A stretch of DNA of 63,977 bases, filler included, from Reticulomyxa filosa (Eukaryota > Protista > Foraminifera): assembly GCA_000512085.1 (NCBI GenBank). It is 19 parts of 19 records of this genome, joined end to end, with 100 filler letters (N's around TTAATTAATTAA, not from the genome) between each part and the next. Parts side by side here need not be neighbours in the genome. Positions count along the whole stretch, not along the records: positions 47,295 to 49,116 come from ASPP01022627.1; positions 49,217 to 55,249 come from ASPP01021306.1; positions 55,350 to 57,589 come from ASPP01027892.1; positions 57,690 to 59,001 come from ASPP01016061.1; positions 59,102 to 63,977 come from ASPP01005418.1; 14 more parts are not named here. One strand, given 5' to 3'. The notes under the pieces were generated by a model. It did no database searches and had not been told where the DNA came from. It saw nothing but the letters and a program-made list of their open reading frames with translations. The translations under genes and the position numbers were made by a program. Positions within the stretch are counted from its first letter, which is position 1. Every line of letters starts with the position of its first letter. Positions 47,519 through 60,078 of this stretch are shown one piece after another.

Positions 47519-48495
47519 TGGTCTTTGAAATGAATGCCTCCCATACACAATAAAGTCCTCAATTCAGGCCAACCGTCATTTTTCAAAAATTGTGTGATGT
47601 GAATAATGTTATCATAAGTCTGCTGCGCCAACTCGCGCGAAGGACAAATGATTAATCCAATGGGCCCTTCGCCGCGTACCAAAGGCATCTTCAGCTCTTC
47701 TTCCAGACTGAACATGATCATCGGCAGCGCAAAGACCAAAGTCTTGCCACTGCCCGTGTACGCAATGCCAATGCAATCGCGTCCGCCCAGACAAATGGGC
47801 AGTGCTTGCATTTGAATAGGCGTCGGACGGACAATCTTCTTCGCCGCCAACGCCTGCAAAATAGCTTGCGGAAATCGCATGTGCTTGAACTTGCGAATGG
47901 GCGGAGGGATCGGCGGCTCCCCGTGAATCTCAATGTTGAACTTGGTTCGGATTTTGTCGTGAATGCTCGTGTATCGTTGGCGATATTTCTTCGGTGGATT
48001 CCAACTCGTTTCCATCGCGTTCGCGTATCGAATCCCTTTCGAATACTCTTCATACGTTACAAATTCTTTTTGTGTTCTATCTATGCCCGTTAGTAAATCT
48101 TTTTCTTCTGTTGCGACATCCCGGAAGCTTGGATCCTCTCCTGGTATTTCACACCAACGTCATTTCATATAAATACATATACATATACATATATATATAT
48201 GTATATGTATATGTATATGTATTTATATGTATTTTTTTATATACATTTATATAAGTTTATGTTTATGTTTATGTTTGTACTCACCCTTTTCTACTAGCTG
48301 CTGATGCTTATCCACTAACAATCTCAGGTCTCGATTCCCCATCAACTCTTTTTGTCTTCGCTCTTTCTCTTTCTGCTGCTGGATTTGTTGCTCGCTATGG
48401 ATCGACCGCAGTCGTGACAACAATTCTTTCTCTTTTTCTGTTTGTTTTTGCCGAATTGGCACATATAAATCCACTCCATCTTTTTCTGAGGACAT
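47519..48495 (-). CDS. DDX41: DEAD-box RNA helicase DDX41/Abstrakt, 5' part
   Basis: LYVPIRQ; TSWNPP; PPPIRKFKHMRFP; PTPIQMQALP..GRDCIGIAYTGSGKTLVFALP..EGPIGLIICPSRELAQQT..LCMGG. Confidence 0.95.
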
Positions 48496-49040
48496 GATTA
48501 TAATTGATGGTGAATTTGAGTGCTTAATCAATTATTGAACGCAAAAAAAAATGTGAGCCCCTTCGAGAGGTCACGTTTTTTTAAACTAAAAAAAAAGGAT
48601 TAAATCATAGAATCTAATGCAGTGTCCACTTCGAAATAAAATTTGAAAAAAAACAATTACAAACGATGCGTATCAATTACTCTACGTTTTTGTATCTAAT
48701 TTTAATTTTGGACAACTAAATGTAAAGCCTTATTCGTTGTTCGGATCAACAGTTTAACTAACTTGTTTTTTTTTTTTTTGCAATAAAATAAATTTAAAAA
48801 ACAGCAATAAATATATTTGAAGGTGATATTGAAATAAGTGGTTGTTTTATGTTCGAAAACTAGAGAAAAACCCAATCAAAAACAACTGCCTTTGATTGTT
48901 TGGGTTTGCTTTTTTTTCAAATCGGATGTGCATACACATGCGTAAAAAACAAAACAAGATAACATATGACAACAATTTTTTTTTCCTCTTAACAAAAACC
49001 AAAATGGTTCTCCAGGAGGATAGAGAGAAAGAGAAAGAAG

Positions 49041-49074
<34 letters not shown>

Positions 49075-49647
49075 GAAAACTGAAACCAAAAGTAACAATG
49101 ATAATAGTAATGATATNNNNNNNNNNNNNNNNNNNNNNNNNNNNNNNNNNNNNNNNNNNNTTAATTAATTAANNNNNNNNNNNNNNNNNNNNNNNNNNNN
49201 NNNNNNNNNNNNNNNNCAACAGGATTCCATTTTTTGCAATTTGCAGTGTTTTCAACTTCATGTTCAAGCGGATGAACAATAAGTCTCCTTCGCTTAGACT
49301 GCGGTCTAAGCGAAGGAGACGTTTGTTCATCCTATTTATATTTTTGTCTTGCAAATTATTGATCAGCCGAACATTAATAATAAAAAAGTATAGTTTATCT
49401 TCTCAACACTCCAAAAAATGCATCATTTTTTATTTTTTCATTAAATTGAAGTCTATCTTTTGATTACAAACATTTTTGTTCGCTGCATGAAAAAAATCGC
49501 TTGTAAAACTTGAAGTACTCTTTGAATGTTTAAGTAAAATTTGTTTATTATTCTGATACAAAATGTGAATTTTGCCAACGTTTTTGACTTTCAAAAAAAT
49601 TGATTTTTATTTAAAAAAAAAAGCTAAGTAAAGAATTCGGTGTCATA

Positions 49648-52600
49648 ATGACAGCAATTGGAGATGAAGAGCGTACATATGAAATAGTGTTACGATGGAT
49701 TAATCTGTTTGCTCTAACGTCAACACCAATTCAAGAGCCACAAGAGCTTTCCGACGGAGTTGTGGTCTATCAGCTGATGGAAATTTTCTCACCAAAGTAC
49801 TTTCCTTCAAACGCCATTAACTTATCTCCGCACAGTAGTTCTGCAAAGATATGCAACATGAAATGTCTCAAGTCGTGCTTTGAGCAGTTCTTTGCAGATA
49901 CGTTGAAAGAAAAGTTATCACTTCAAGAAACGATCCAACCGGCAGCTCTGGCCTTTGGCAAACAACCCAAAGGTTTTTTTTTGTTTTTTTGTTTTGTTTT
50001 ATTTATTGTAAGTAAGCAAACAAACAAACTCAAAAAAAAAAAAAAAACAAAAAAAAATTGTTTTGTTTTGTTTTGCAACAGATTTTATATCGCTGATTGA
50101 ATTGCTGTTATTAGCAGCAATAAAGTCCGAAAAAAAAGAAAAAGCAATTAGCAATATGTTACAATTGGACCCCGTCGATCAAAAATTTTTGATGCATGTG
50201 CTGGACGATTTGTTGCGCCAAAATGGATTTATGGAGTCAAATAATGGGAACGACAACGCGAACAGTGGGAATGGATTTGGGTATTTGGACGGCAACACGA
50301 ACGCCGCCATGACCGCTGCTATCCTGCGATGCATACTACGAGCAAAACGGAAAATATGATGACGAAGATAACTAGTGGCACTTGCGCAAAGAGTCCTCAC
50401 TGGCAGTCATTTGCGCAACTGTCAGCCAGAAAATATGACAAGTCGAGACGATTGTCGATGCAAAGTCCGTTTGGCACACGAAGCAGAAAAAAACCCGAAC
50501 CGTTGCTGACTCAACAGCAACAACAGCAACAATCTGTGTTTGACTTTGATTCGTCCAAGCACATTTCTTCCAGTGTTAATAAAACTCCATTTGCAGCAGC
50601 GTTTTCAACCAATCGCAACGAAACGACGCCTTTCACTAACAAAAACTGGAGCACATCAGGCTTTGGCGCGCTGGATGGCAACAAACGAGAATCGACGACA
50701 ACTACGTATGAACTTTTACAAGGCGACTTTGACAAACTTGAAGGCGAGTATAAACAGTTGCTTATGCAATATTCGCAACTCAAAGAAGAACACAAATGTC
50801 TTCAGGAAAAAATTCGAAATGACGTCGCTATTGATTTTCAAAAAAAAGAGGTTACTTGATTTATTATTCATATACACATACAAATATATATGTATATATG
50901 TATACATACGTATACGATGGACACAGGGTGCAAGGAGTAAGTATAAGTGCAATACATAACTATGTTTGATGAGAATAGAAAGAATATCAAGCCAAAATGG
51001 CAATGTTGGAAGATAATATTCAACACTTACAAGACACAAGCCAAGAGCATTTGAAAGAAGCGAAGCATTACGAAGAATTGGCCAAGGACTTGCAAGTGGA
51101 CAATGAAAAGTTGAATGAGGAATTGACACAATTGGCGACACTACACGAAACTCAAGTTCGACAATACCATGAAGAGATCGACGCCGCCAAGCAAGAGGTT
51201 AATCGATTGAAAAGTTGCGAATCGCAATGGAAACAATATCAGCATGGCATTGATATTTCCAATGACCAAATCAAAGATCTGGAAAAAGTCAAAGCCAAAA
51301 ACAATGACCTTTTAAACCAAATTACCGATTTGAAATTTCAACTGTTGCAAATTCCACAATTGAAAGTTAACTCTCTCTCTCTCTGATATGTATATATAAT
51401 GTAATGTATGTTGTATACGTTACATTCAACATGACTTATGTTTGACGTGAATGGAATAAAGGAACAAGTGGAAAAGTATAAGCAACAAATGATGGAATAT
51501 AAAGTACGCTCGACAAGTAAGCATGCGATAGACGCGAACGGTGTCAATGTCAATGCTGATGTAAACGACAGAGTGACACATTTGGAAAAAGAGCTCCTCA
51601 ATGCGACACAAGAGAAAGAAGAAATGGCATTGAAATTGCGCGAGTGTCGTAATGACATGTCCGCGTTGCGATCACAGATCATTGAATTAAAAAATTACCA
51701 ACGCAATTTTGATAGGTTTGGGTGTTCTCTATATACTATGTAGTATATTTATTTATATACTCATTTTTTGCACAGATATAAAAAAGATATTGGCGTTGGC
51801 GAAAACGAGAATGGGCGATTAAAACAAGCAATAGAAGAGCTGGAAGTGCAGCAATGCATAGCAAATGATGCACAAAGCAAATATCGCGAGGCGGTGAGAG
51901 AAGTATCGGAATTGAAAGAACAAATCAAAAAGTTGGAGTGGGGCGCACAAGGAGGACAAGTGCAAGGACGTGGGTCACCACCGCAGTCAAAAGCGGAGTG
52001 GAATAAAAAAATATCGGAACTGAACGACTTGCAAATGCAAATGCTACAAAGAAATCAATTTGTTGAAAAATTAAAGAAACAAATGGAGGAATTGAAGCAA
52101 GAAAACATGTTGTTGCAAGAAAAAGATCGTAATATGAATATGAAATGTCAAGACTTGCAGAAACAAGTTGATGCTATTACGCAATATTCTTCCGAACAAA
52201 AGAAAAGACTCAAAGAATATCACGCTGCACTTGAGCAATTGCATCATCAAAAAATTTATGGGGGAAATAATGATTGTCAAGCTCATAAGGAAACTATTGA
52301 AAATTTAAAAGTACAAATCCAACAAGTTTTGCAAAAAAAAACCCTCTTTTCCTTTTCGTTTTTGTTAATCTCTTCTTTTTTGAATACAATTGACGATAGT
52401 TGAAAGAAGAGAAAAAAATGAATTTCGAAAGTCATCGACATGAATTGTTAAGTGTGAGTAATGCATTTCATTGCTTGGCTTTACAAAGAACTTTGGAGGC
52501 GCATAACCTCACTTGGTTTTCACAACAAAACAATAACATCGATAATGACGCCGAAATGCTAAATGGTGTGCCGACCAAAGGAAAAGAAAACACGAATGAA

Positions 52601-52651
52601 TTCAATCAATCCAAGTCGAGATTGGAACAAATACACAAAATCATAAGTTAA
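49648..52651 (+). CDS. HOOK: Hook-family microtubule/dynein adaptor (Hook domain + long coiled coil)
   Basis: LRWINLF..ELSDGVVVYQLMEIFSPKYF..NMKCL; LIELLLLAAIKSEKKEKAISNMLQLDPVDQKFLMHVL; coiled-coil exons; C-terminal ELLSVSNAFHCLA. Probable frameshift near 50320. Confidence 0.82.
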
Positions 52652-53086
52652 CAGAAAGAACATTCGTTCAACCAAAAGTAAATAATATTGTATACTTTCT
52701 GGTTGTTTTGTTTGTATGTATAAAGTTTTAATTTAAAAATTCAATATTTTAATCAACGAATCTAGCCATTCCAACCAGTAGACGTCAGCAGTTTTTATTT
52801 TTCGAGCAAAAATCACAATTAGTTAAAAAATAAAGATACTTAGATTTTTGATAGTAAAAAAATGAAATTGACATTTATGTTGTAATCAAATTGAAATAAC
52901 TGTAGGCAAAAGAAATAATATTTTCACCGATCACTGCACAAGAACCGTGTTGTTGGAACAACATGGCCACAATGAATTCAACATCTCCAATGGTAAAAGA
53001 AAATTGGAATTTCCAAAGTACACTCAAATCTTATACCAAAAGGGGAAAAAAAAAATTCCATTCCTTAATGTCATTGTTTGAATCAA

Positions 53087-55249
53087 TTAACTTTTCTTTG
53101 TTCGCAATGCCTCTGCCATGACACCAGCAACAAACGTCAAACACATTTTTGGTCTAACCTCAACAATATCTTCAGGCAACAAGAATATGATTGCTCCCAA
53201 TTTTCTGGCAATGCTAATAGCGTAGCGAGCGTTGAGCATTTTGTCCTCATCCGTCATTCCTTCGGTGACCAAGCCCCAGTCAACAATTTTGGGTTCAACT
53301 GCAGCCAACAAATCAATGAAGAAAACACCGCTGGAAATGCTAGGATCTTGGAAGGATTTAATGCTTGATTTTTTGCCTGATTTGGAAACTGTTTCATTGC
53401 CCCAGCTCAATATATCCTCATCTGTGACTTGTTTGCCACCGCGAGCCAAGTTAGCCAAGAATTTCAACATGTGATATCTCATCAATTGCCAAGTGAATCC
53501 AAGCAACAACTTCTTGTTTCCATCGACAATATCACTACCACCGGTTGTAACTAAACTCAATTTCAATTGTTTGCCCAACACTACCGCATAGTTGCAATTG
53601 CCCAATTTTTTGAATTTGTTGTTTGGCTTCATTTCAACTTTTTTCCAAAGGACGGTTCCAGGTTCGATTTTATCGATCACTTTCAACAGCGTTAAGCCAT
53701 CTTTGCAATCTTCGAAAAGATTGTTGATGTACAAATCACCAATTCCCAAAGTGTTTATCCACATGCGGAAAGCTCGCTCTTCACGAGAATCACCAGCATC
53801 ATCGTCCATCAATCCTGCCAATTCCTTTTGTTCTTCCTCTTTCAAAGGTTCCAAAGCAGGGGCAGTGTTGAACAATTGGGCCGTGAAAGCTAAGTTCAAT
53901 TTCTCGTTGCCATCGACAATATCTTTCGCTTTGATAAACACGTTTGCGCCTTTTTTTTGTTTTTATTTTTGTTTGTGGGAGTTAGTTTATAATTACTGCT
54001 CAGCGGCTTGACAGAAAAAAACTCACCAATGGCTGAGGCGTTATCTAAAACTTTTTGAGCTCGTTTGTTGGTATCTCCCCAGTTCAATGGATCCGCATCA
54101 CATTTGCCACCACTGATGGATTTCAACAACACTGTGTATACTTTGGCGTCTTTGATATCGGTTCCAAAATTGTTGATGCGTTTAGGATAGTTTTCTTTGG
54201 CTAAGTGATAGTTGACCCATCGCTTCAAGATCTCCTCAGGAGGCAATGCCAACAAGTCGTTCATTTCCTCACCGTCTTGTAACAATCGGATCAACTCAGG
54301 GTGGGCTTTCAAGTTGATGCTTCCCAACAACTGCATTTTCACTGCTTGCCACATGAAACCTAAGACCAACGTAGGGTTCTTTTCGGCATCACGTAATTCT
54401 TCTGCACTTTGGTTTTGAACACGAAGGCCTTTTTTTTGTTTTGTCCATACCATAGGTAAAACACAACTTTATTCCAATAAAAATGTTGAACTTCACCCTC
54501 CTCTCCTGTTTTTTCTCTAGCAAAAAAATATATTGCGACTAATTAAATCCCAGTACACACTCACACTCAAATATACGTACCGATCGACTTGGCAGCAGAT
54601 AAGTTCAAGTTTTGATTTTCAATGATTTTGAATTGATTCAAACCGCCGCCCTTTTTGTAGTTGACTGCTCTCCAGTCAATGGTTTCTGGTTCGATCACAT
54701 TGATAAACTTGGCAATCATCACCCCGTCTTTCACTTTCGTGAACAAGTCGTTCGTGTCTGGGTTGATTGGCATCAAATAGTCCAAGTCGGAATCATCACC
54801 TAAGCAATAGTTCAAGTGGTTCGCAAATGCACTGATTTCCTCTTTCGCGTACGAGTGTAATCCTCCTGACTTGCTCTCAATGGCAATCAATTCCATTTGT
54901 TTGTTTACCAGCTGTGTTTTGTTTTATTTGACATCACCACATTGTTTCATTTATTCTTTTTGTTTGTGCTCCTCCTTCAATGCAAATATTACACTCAATC
55001 TTTTTCTCGCAAGCACTTAAAAACAACATTAAGACAAAAGAGGAAGAAACGAAAAAAAAAAAAAATCAATTTCCCTTTTTCAATTTTCATGTTATTTATC
55101 TTAAAATAGATAACAAATTTGCGAAAAAAAATCGTGTATATTTTTCTACGTAGTATACGTGTTATTCCCTTTTTGAATTTTGAATACCCAGTACAATGAA
55201 AAGAGCAAACAAACACAACAACTTAACTTTGCCAAATCCACTGGCATCA
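53087..55249 (-). CDS. Fimbrin/plastin (four CH domains), 5' end truncated
   Basis: HSYAKEEISAFANHLN, KDGVMIAKFINVIEPETID, LPPEEILKRWVNYHL, DIVDGNEKLNLAFTAQLFN, REERAFRMWINTLG, NARYAISIARKLGAIIFLLPEDIVEVRPKM. Confidence 0.97.
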
Positions 55250-55349
55250 NNNNNNNNNNNNNNNNNNNNNNNNNNNNNNNNNNNNNNNNNNNNTTAATTA
55301 ATTAANNNNNNNNNNNNNNNNNNNNNNNNNNNNNNNNNNNNNNNNNNNN

Positions 55350-56364
55350 AGCAGCAACACCGGCAGCAGCGGCAATAATGCTCCCAACGATAGCGTGATC
55401 CACTACCACAATCACAGCAGCAGTCATTCCAATCTATTTGCAAGCGCGTCGCTATTCAATATCGACTCTGCAAATGATGTCGCCAATTTGATCGGCCCAA
55501 TGGAAAAGCGCTTTCATAAAAAAATCGTCTACAAGCCTCTGCCCTTGACTCTGTTGCAAGAACTCAGACAACTGCATTTCGAAAACTTGAGCTCCGAAAT
55601 TTCGCCCTATTTCGTGTTGCCGACCGATGATAAACCAACCGACATGCCGTCGTTTGAATTGACACTCCAATACGCGTTTCCAACTCAAAGCGAAGCGGCG
55701 AACGGCGCGAGCACACAAACCGCAGTGACGGCGTCATTGAGTGCCGAGCAGAAAAAGAAAGAGAAAAGCAAGACTCAGTGTATCAATGAACAGTACGACA
55801 AGCTATTGCAAGACATAATGGCGTCGTGCAATGTCTCGATCGACCGCATTAAAACATGGAAAGACAAAATCCACATCTCTTCGCCATATGTTTATATGTA
55901 TATGCATATATTTTATTTTATTTTCATACAATTAATTATATAAACATACACGTTATATACAACAAATGTTATATATATTGCATATAACATATATGTACAT
56001 AAAATTAAAATTGGACAACATAGAGACTTTATCCAGGCTTTGACAATTGCTGAAAAGTGGGATTGAGCCCAATGATGTGATGCTGCGATATATGTCGTTG
56101 ATTCCGACTCATTGCAGCACGGAGCGTGAAATGGTAATGTTGGACCGACGGATGGTCCGACCCGACATAATTCCTCGTTGAGTTATTTGGAGGGGATAAT
56201 AACAGCAAGCGCTTGACGTCTGCACGTTGAGTACCACAAATTCAAGCACCACTACAACGACCAAAGGCTGGTCTCCTCGAAGTGAATTTGGCTCATATGA
56301 CCAAGACTCGATTGAAGCCTATCCGTATACCCATCCTTAAATTGCGCGCCCGGGCCTTTATTTG
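55350..56364 (+). CDS. C-terminal part of an unidentified protein (frameshifted last exon)
   Basis: ORF 55350-55890 with higher GC, plus a second exon at about 56025-56364; no domain recognised. Confidence 0.45.
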
Positions 56365-57139
56365 ACTACTATTTGACGGATCTGCCCAAACTCATTTTGT
56401 TCATTTTACAGTGCAAACGCCAGTTGAGTGAAGAGGAAATCATTGCACTATTTCATCGATGCTTTGAACAAATAATCCTTTTGTTGTTGATTATTAATTA
56501 TTTAGGAGACAATATGACGGAGCATACCAGAAAAAATGATTTAAAATTATATACATCAAAGCAAGTCTTTATCCCATTCTATTAACATGTTATTGTATAC
56601 TCTTCAAAATAGTTATCTACCATTTTATCTTCCGCAGAAACATTAAGTGATTTATTTTTGCTTATTTATTCTGTCATTTGATTTATTTGTGGTATATCTC
56701 CTAATTGTAGAAATATTAATCTTTGTTTTCATTCGGCACATTGAATTGAATTATTTAAATAAATGAATTCGAAATGCTCATTATCAAAAAAGCGTAATGC
56801 ACAATATCATTTTTAGTGGAGTTTTTTTGCATATCCAATTTTGGTTTAAGAGATACTATAATTTTTTTGGAGTAAGAATAAACGTGATTCTATTTTCGTA
56901 ATTGGCAACCCTTTGATACATATTACTGAAAACTTGAAGAAGTGATGTTTTTGTATTTCTTTATACAGTATATAATGTTTCAGTTCCATTTGTTTTAAGA
57001 AGTGGAATTTGTTTCTAAAGCATAAATCATCTCTCCTTTAGCTAGAAAAAAATTTAAGAGAATGCTTGAAAACAAGTCAAAAATATATATAGAAACCTTA
57101 TAGATAACAAAAATAGTAATTTGAAATTATCACATTCAA

Positions 57140-57589
57140 TACCAATTGGATGTGTAGTATTGATTGTTCAACATCAGATGATAAGCAATTCATTTGTTCT
57201 GGATCAGATGATAGCACAGTTCGTGTATGGAATGTTGATAATAATAAACAAATTCAATCATTTAACGGGCATTCATTTCCTGTGTATTGTGGAAAATTTT
57301 CACCATTTCATTACCATAACGATTGTCAAAATGTCATTTGTTCTTCATCATATGACAAAACAATTCGTTTTTGGGATTTCAAACATAATCAACAATTACA
57401 AATATTCAATGGACACACTGCATTAGTTGGTGGCATTAAATTTTCATCATTTAATGGCAGTAGATATTTGTGTTCTGGATCTGGTGACAAAACTATTCGT
57501 TTATGGGATGTTGAAACATCAAAATCATTACATATTTTTAATGGACATAAAAGTACTGTTTGGTCTGTTGATATTTCACCATTACAAAG
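57140..57589 (+). CDS. Lineage-family WD40-repeat protein fragment (5' end degenerate, 3' truncated)
   Basis: FICSGSDDSTVRVWNV, ICSSSYDKTIRFWDF, LCSGSGDKTIRLWDVETSK, FNGHKSTVWSVDISP. Confidence 0.88.
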
Positions 57590-57734
57590 NNNNNNNNNNN
57601 NNNNNNNNNNNNNNNNNNNNNNNNNNNNNNNNNTTAATTAATTAANNNNNNNNNNNNNNNNNNNNNNNNNNNNNNNNNNNNNNNNNNNNTTTTTTTTTTT
57701 TTGGAAAAAAATAGAAATTTCCAAAAATATAGAA

Positions 57735-58300
57735 ACTTGGCTTAAAACACAGGTTTGCAATCGCCTAAGTCCTGCACAATCCCATTGTCTCAAAAAAAAC
57801 ATGATGAAGTCATCCATGGAAATTGCTTCCTCTTCGTCCTCGTCTTCTTCGTCTTCTTTTTTGTCACCTTTACACAATCGTATGTACTTAAATAACACTT
57901 TTAATTCCTCTGCTGTCAGTTCCACGTTCATATTCGACATCCTTGGACAAATTCTCTTACTTCCACATCTTCATTTCCTTTTGCTACATACTTTTGAAAT
58001 ATCGTTGCGATTCGTAACTTTGATGTTTGAACGTGTTTTTTTTTCATTACGATATATCAATTGTTGCTGTTCTTGTTTTTACTCGAATTGTTTTTTCTTT
58101 TTCGCTCTCCCCTCTCTTCTCCTTCCCTTCCCTTTTCTTTTCTTCATTGTTTTTATATTTTATGTATGTATTCACAAACGTCCTACTTTTTGATCCACCA
58201 ATGTCATTATCTCCGCATGGGCATCACAGTCCAGCATTTCTGCCACATCCGGAGTTTCTTCGGTCTGCTTTACGTGTGTGTTCGTTTTGTTCAACTTGAA
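57735..58300 (-). CDS. EF-hand-like protein fragment
   Basis: ELTAEELKVLFKYI..(acidic loop)..AISMDDFIMFF. Confidence 0.55.
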
Positions 58301-59101
58301 TTGTGCGTCTTTCATCAATCAAACAAAAACACACTTCACATACAATAATTGAAAAGCGAGTTGAGGCCTGCATTTGAGAGATTTTATTATTTCAAAAGTA
58401 GTTACATCCAAATTTGATATATTTGAGTTATACCCTTGAAGGGTCGTGCAGAAAAGGCCTTCAGCTCTGCCGTGGGCTATCGTGCAGTGTTTGAGTTGAC
58501 AGTTTTTTTTTGAAGTGATATGCACATGCTGTTTTGTTTATTATCGAATGTAAGATCTTGCAAGTGGATGTTTTTGATTTATCAACAAAATTGGCTTATT
58601 TCTTGTTTTGGAGCAAGAAATTCAACTCTTGAACGAGAAAAAACTGTTTTCTTTTCAAAAGTAACTTGGATTTGACCAGGAAGTTTAGGACTAGTCCAAA
58701 AATTCAAAAATCCCCTCCTTCCAAAAAAAATCTCATTAATAATATTATATTTTCTGCGCAGCTCCAAACGAGGCTGTCCACGGGATGCTTCCAAACTTGC
58801 CAAATGAGGATGTTTCCACCATAGACAAATCATTGGATGAGAGGGTTCAACAAAGCAAAGTGACGTTAACAACAACGTGATTGTTCCAAGTGGTATAGAC
58901 GACTTTAGAAGGTGAGAAAGCGTTAGATAGATTGTGTGCTTAAACTCAAAAAAAAAACAATACATACAAATAAAAGTATACGTATTGTTTGAAGTTACAA
59001 ANNNNNNNNNNNNNNNNNNNNNNNNNNNNNNNNNNNNNNNNNNNNTTAATTAATTAANNNNNNNNNNNNNNNNNNNNNNNNNNNNNNNNNNNNNNNNNNN
59101 N

Positions 59102-59550
59102 ATTGTTGCAGGCATTGTCGCAGGCATTGTCGCAGGCGTTGTCGCAACAGTCGATTCTGGCTTTGCGGGCTTAACATTCGTTTCTTGTTGGACCGCCATA
59201 CCAACTAAACCATAACTCACTACTTCCTCGCTTCTCTTATTTTCGCTAACTTTATTCTCGCTTGCTTTAATCTCGCTTACTTTATTCTCATTCCCCCTGC
59301 TTTCACTTTCCTTATTCACACGTTCGGGTTCGGTCCTTTCAGATACTTGGCGTTTCTCGTTTGTCGTACCTTCTTGTACTTTTTCCACTGCTGGCTTATT
59401 TATTACCTCTGTGTGCTCGTTCTCTTTTGTCGTTTTCTCTGGGCTCAGTGTTGATTCTTTCTCCGCATTGTCTCGGGGAACTGTATTTCGATTTGCGGCA
59501 GAGCCATTCACAACGTTTTGATTACTGCTCGAGCCACACACACCTCCCAT
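59102..59550 (-). CDS. Predicted N-myristoylated/palmitoylated low-complexity protein, truncated
   Basis: MGGVCGSS start; E/K/S-rich; 12-bp repeats encoding PATM at 59102-59145. Confidence 0.6.
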
Positions 59551-60078
59551 GGATATGAAAAATTGATCAAGGTAATTTAGGTACAATTATTCGAACACAA
59601 AAAAAAACCAAAATGTTGCAAATTCAAGTAAACACAAAAAACTCTTGTCGCCAGAAAAACGACCATTTTTCTATTTCTTATTCATTTTCTCACTATCACG
59701 CTTCAACAAGAGTCAAATTCTACTTTTTGGTCAGTCAAACCGCGGTCTCTCAATATATTTTCTGTTTTATTATGTTTGACTCTTAGCAATTAGCGAAGAA
59801 AAATTAAAACTGGAAACTTTACTGTTTGACAAAATGGGAACTTGTCTAAATTTAGTCGAAAGTTTAGCTTACAATATAAAGGCAGTAATAGAATCAGATA
59901 AACAGGAGAGATAAAGAAAGAGAGCATATGAAAAATTGAATTTTAATTATTAAATTTTTAACCTTTTTATTTGTTTATGAAGAAAATAAACAAAAAAATC
60001 GCTCAAAAATACTGACTTTGAGTGATTCTTAAGACTGATTGTGAAAAAATACGCAATTTTATAACAACAAATTTTCAT

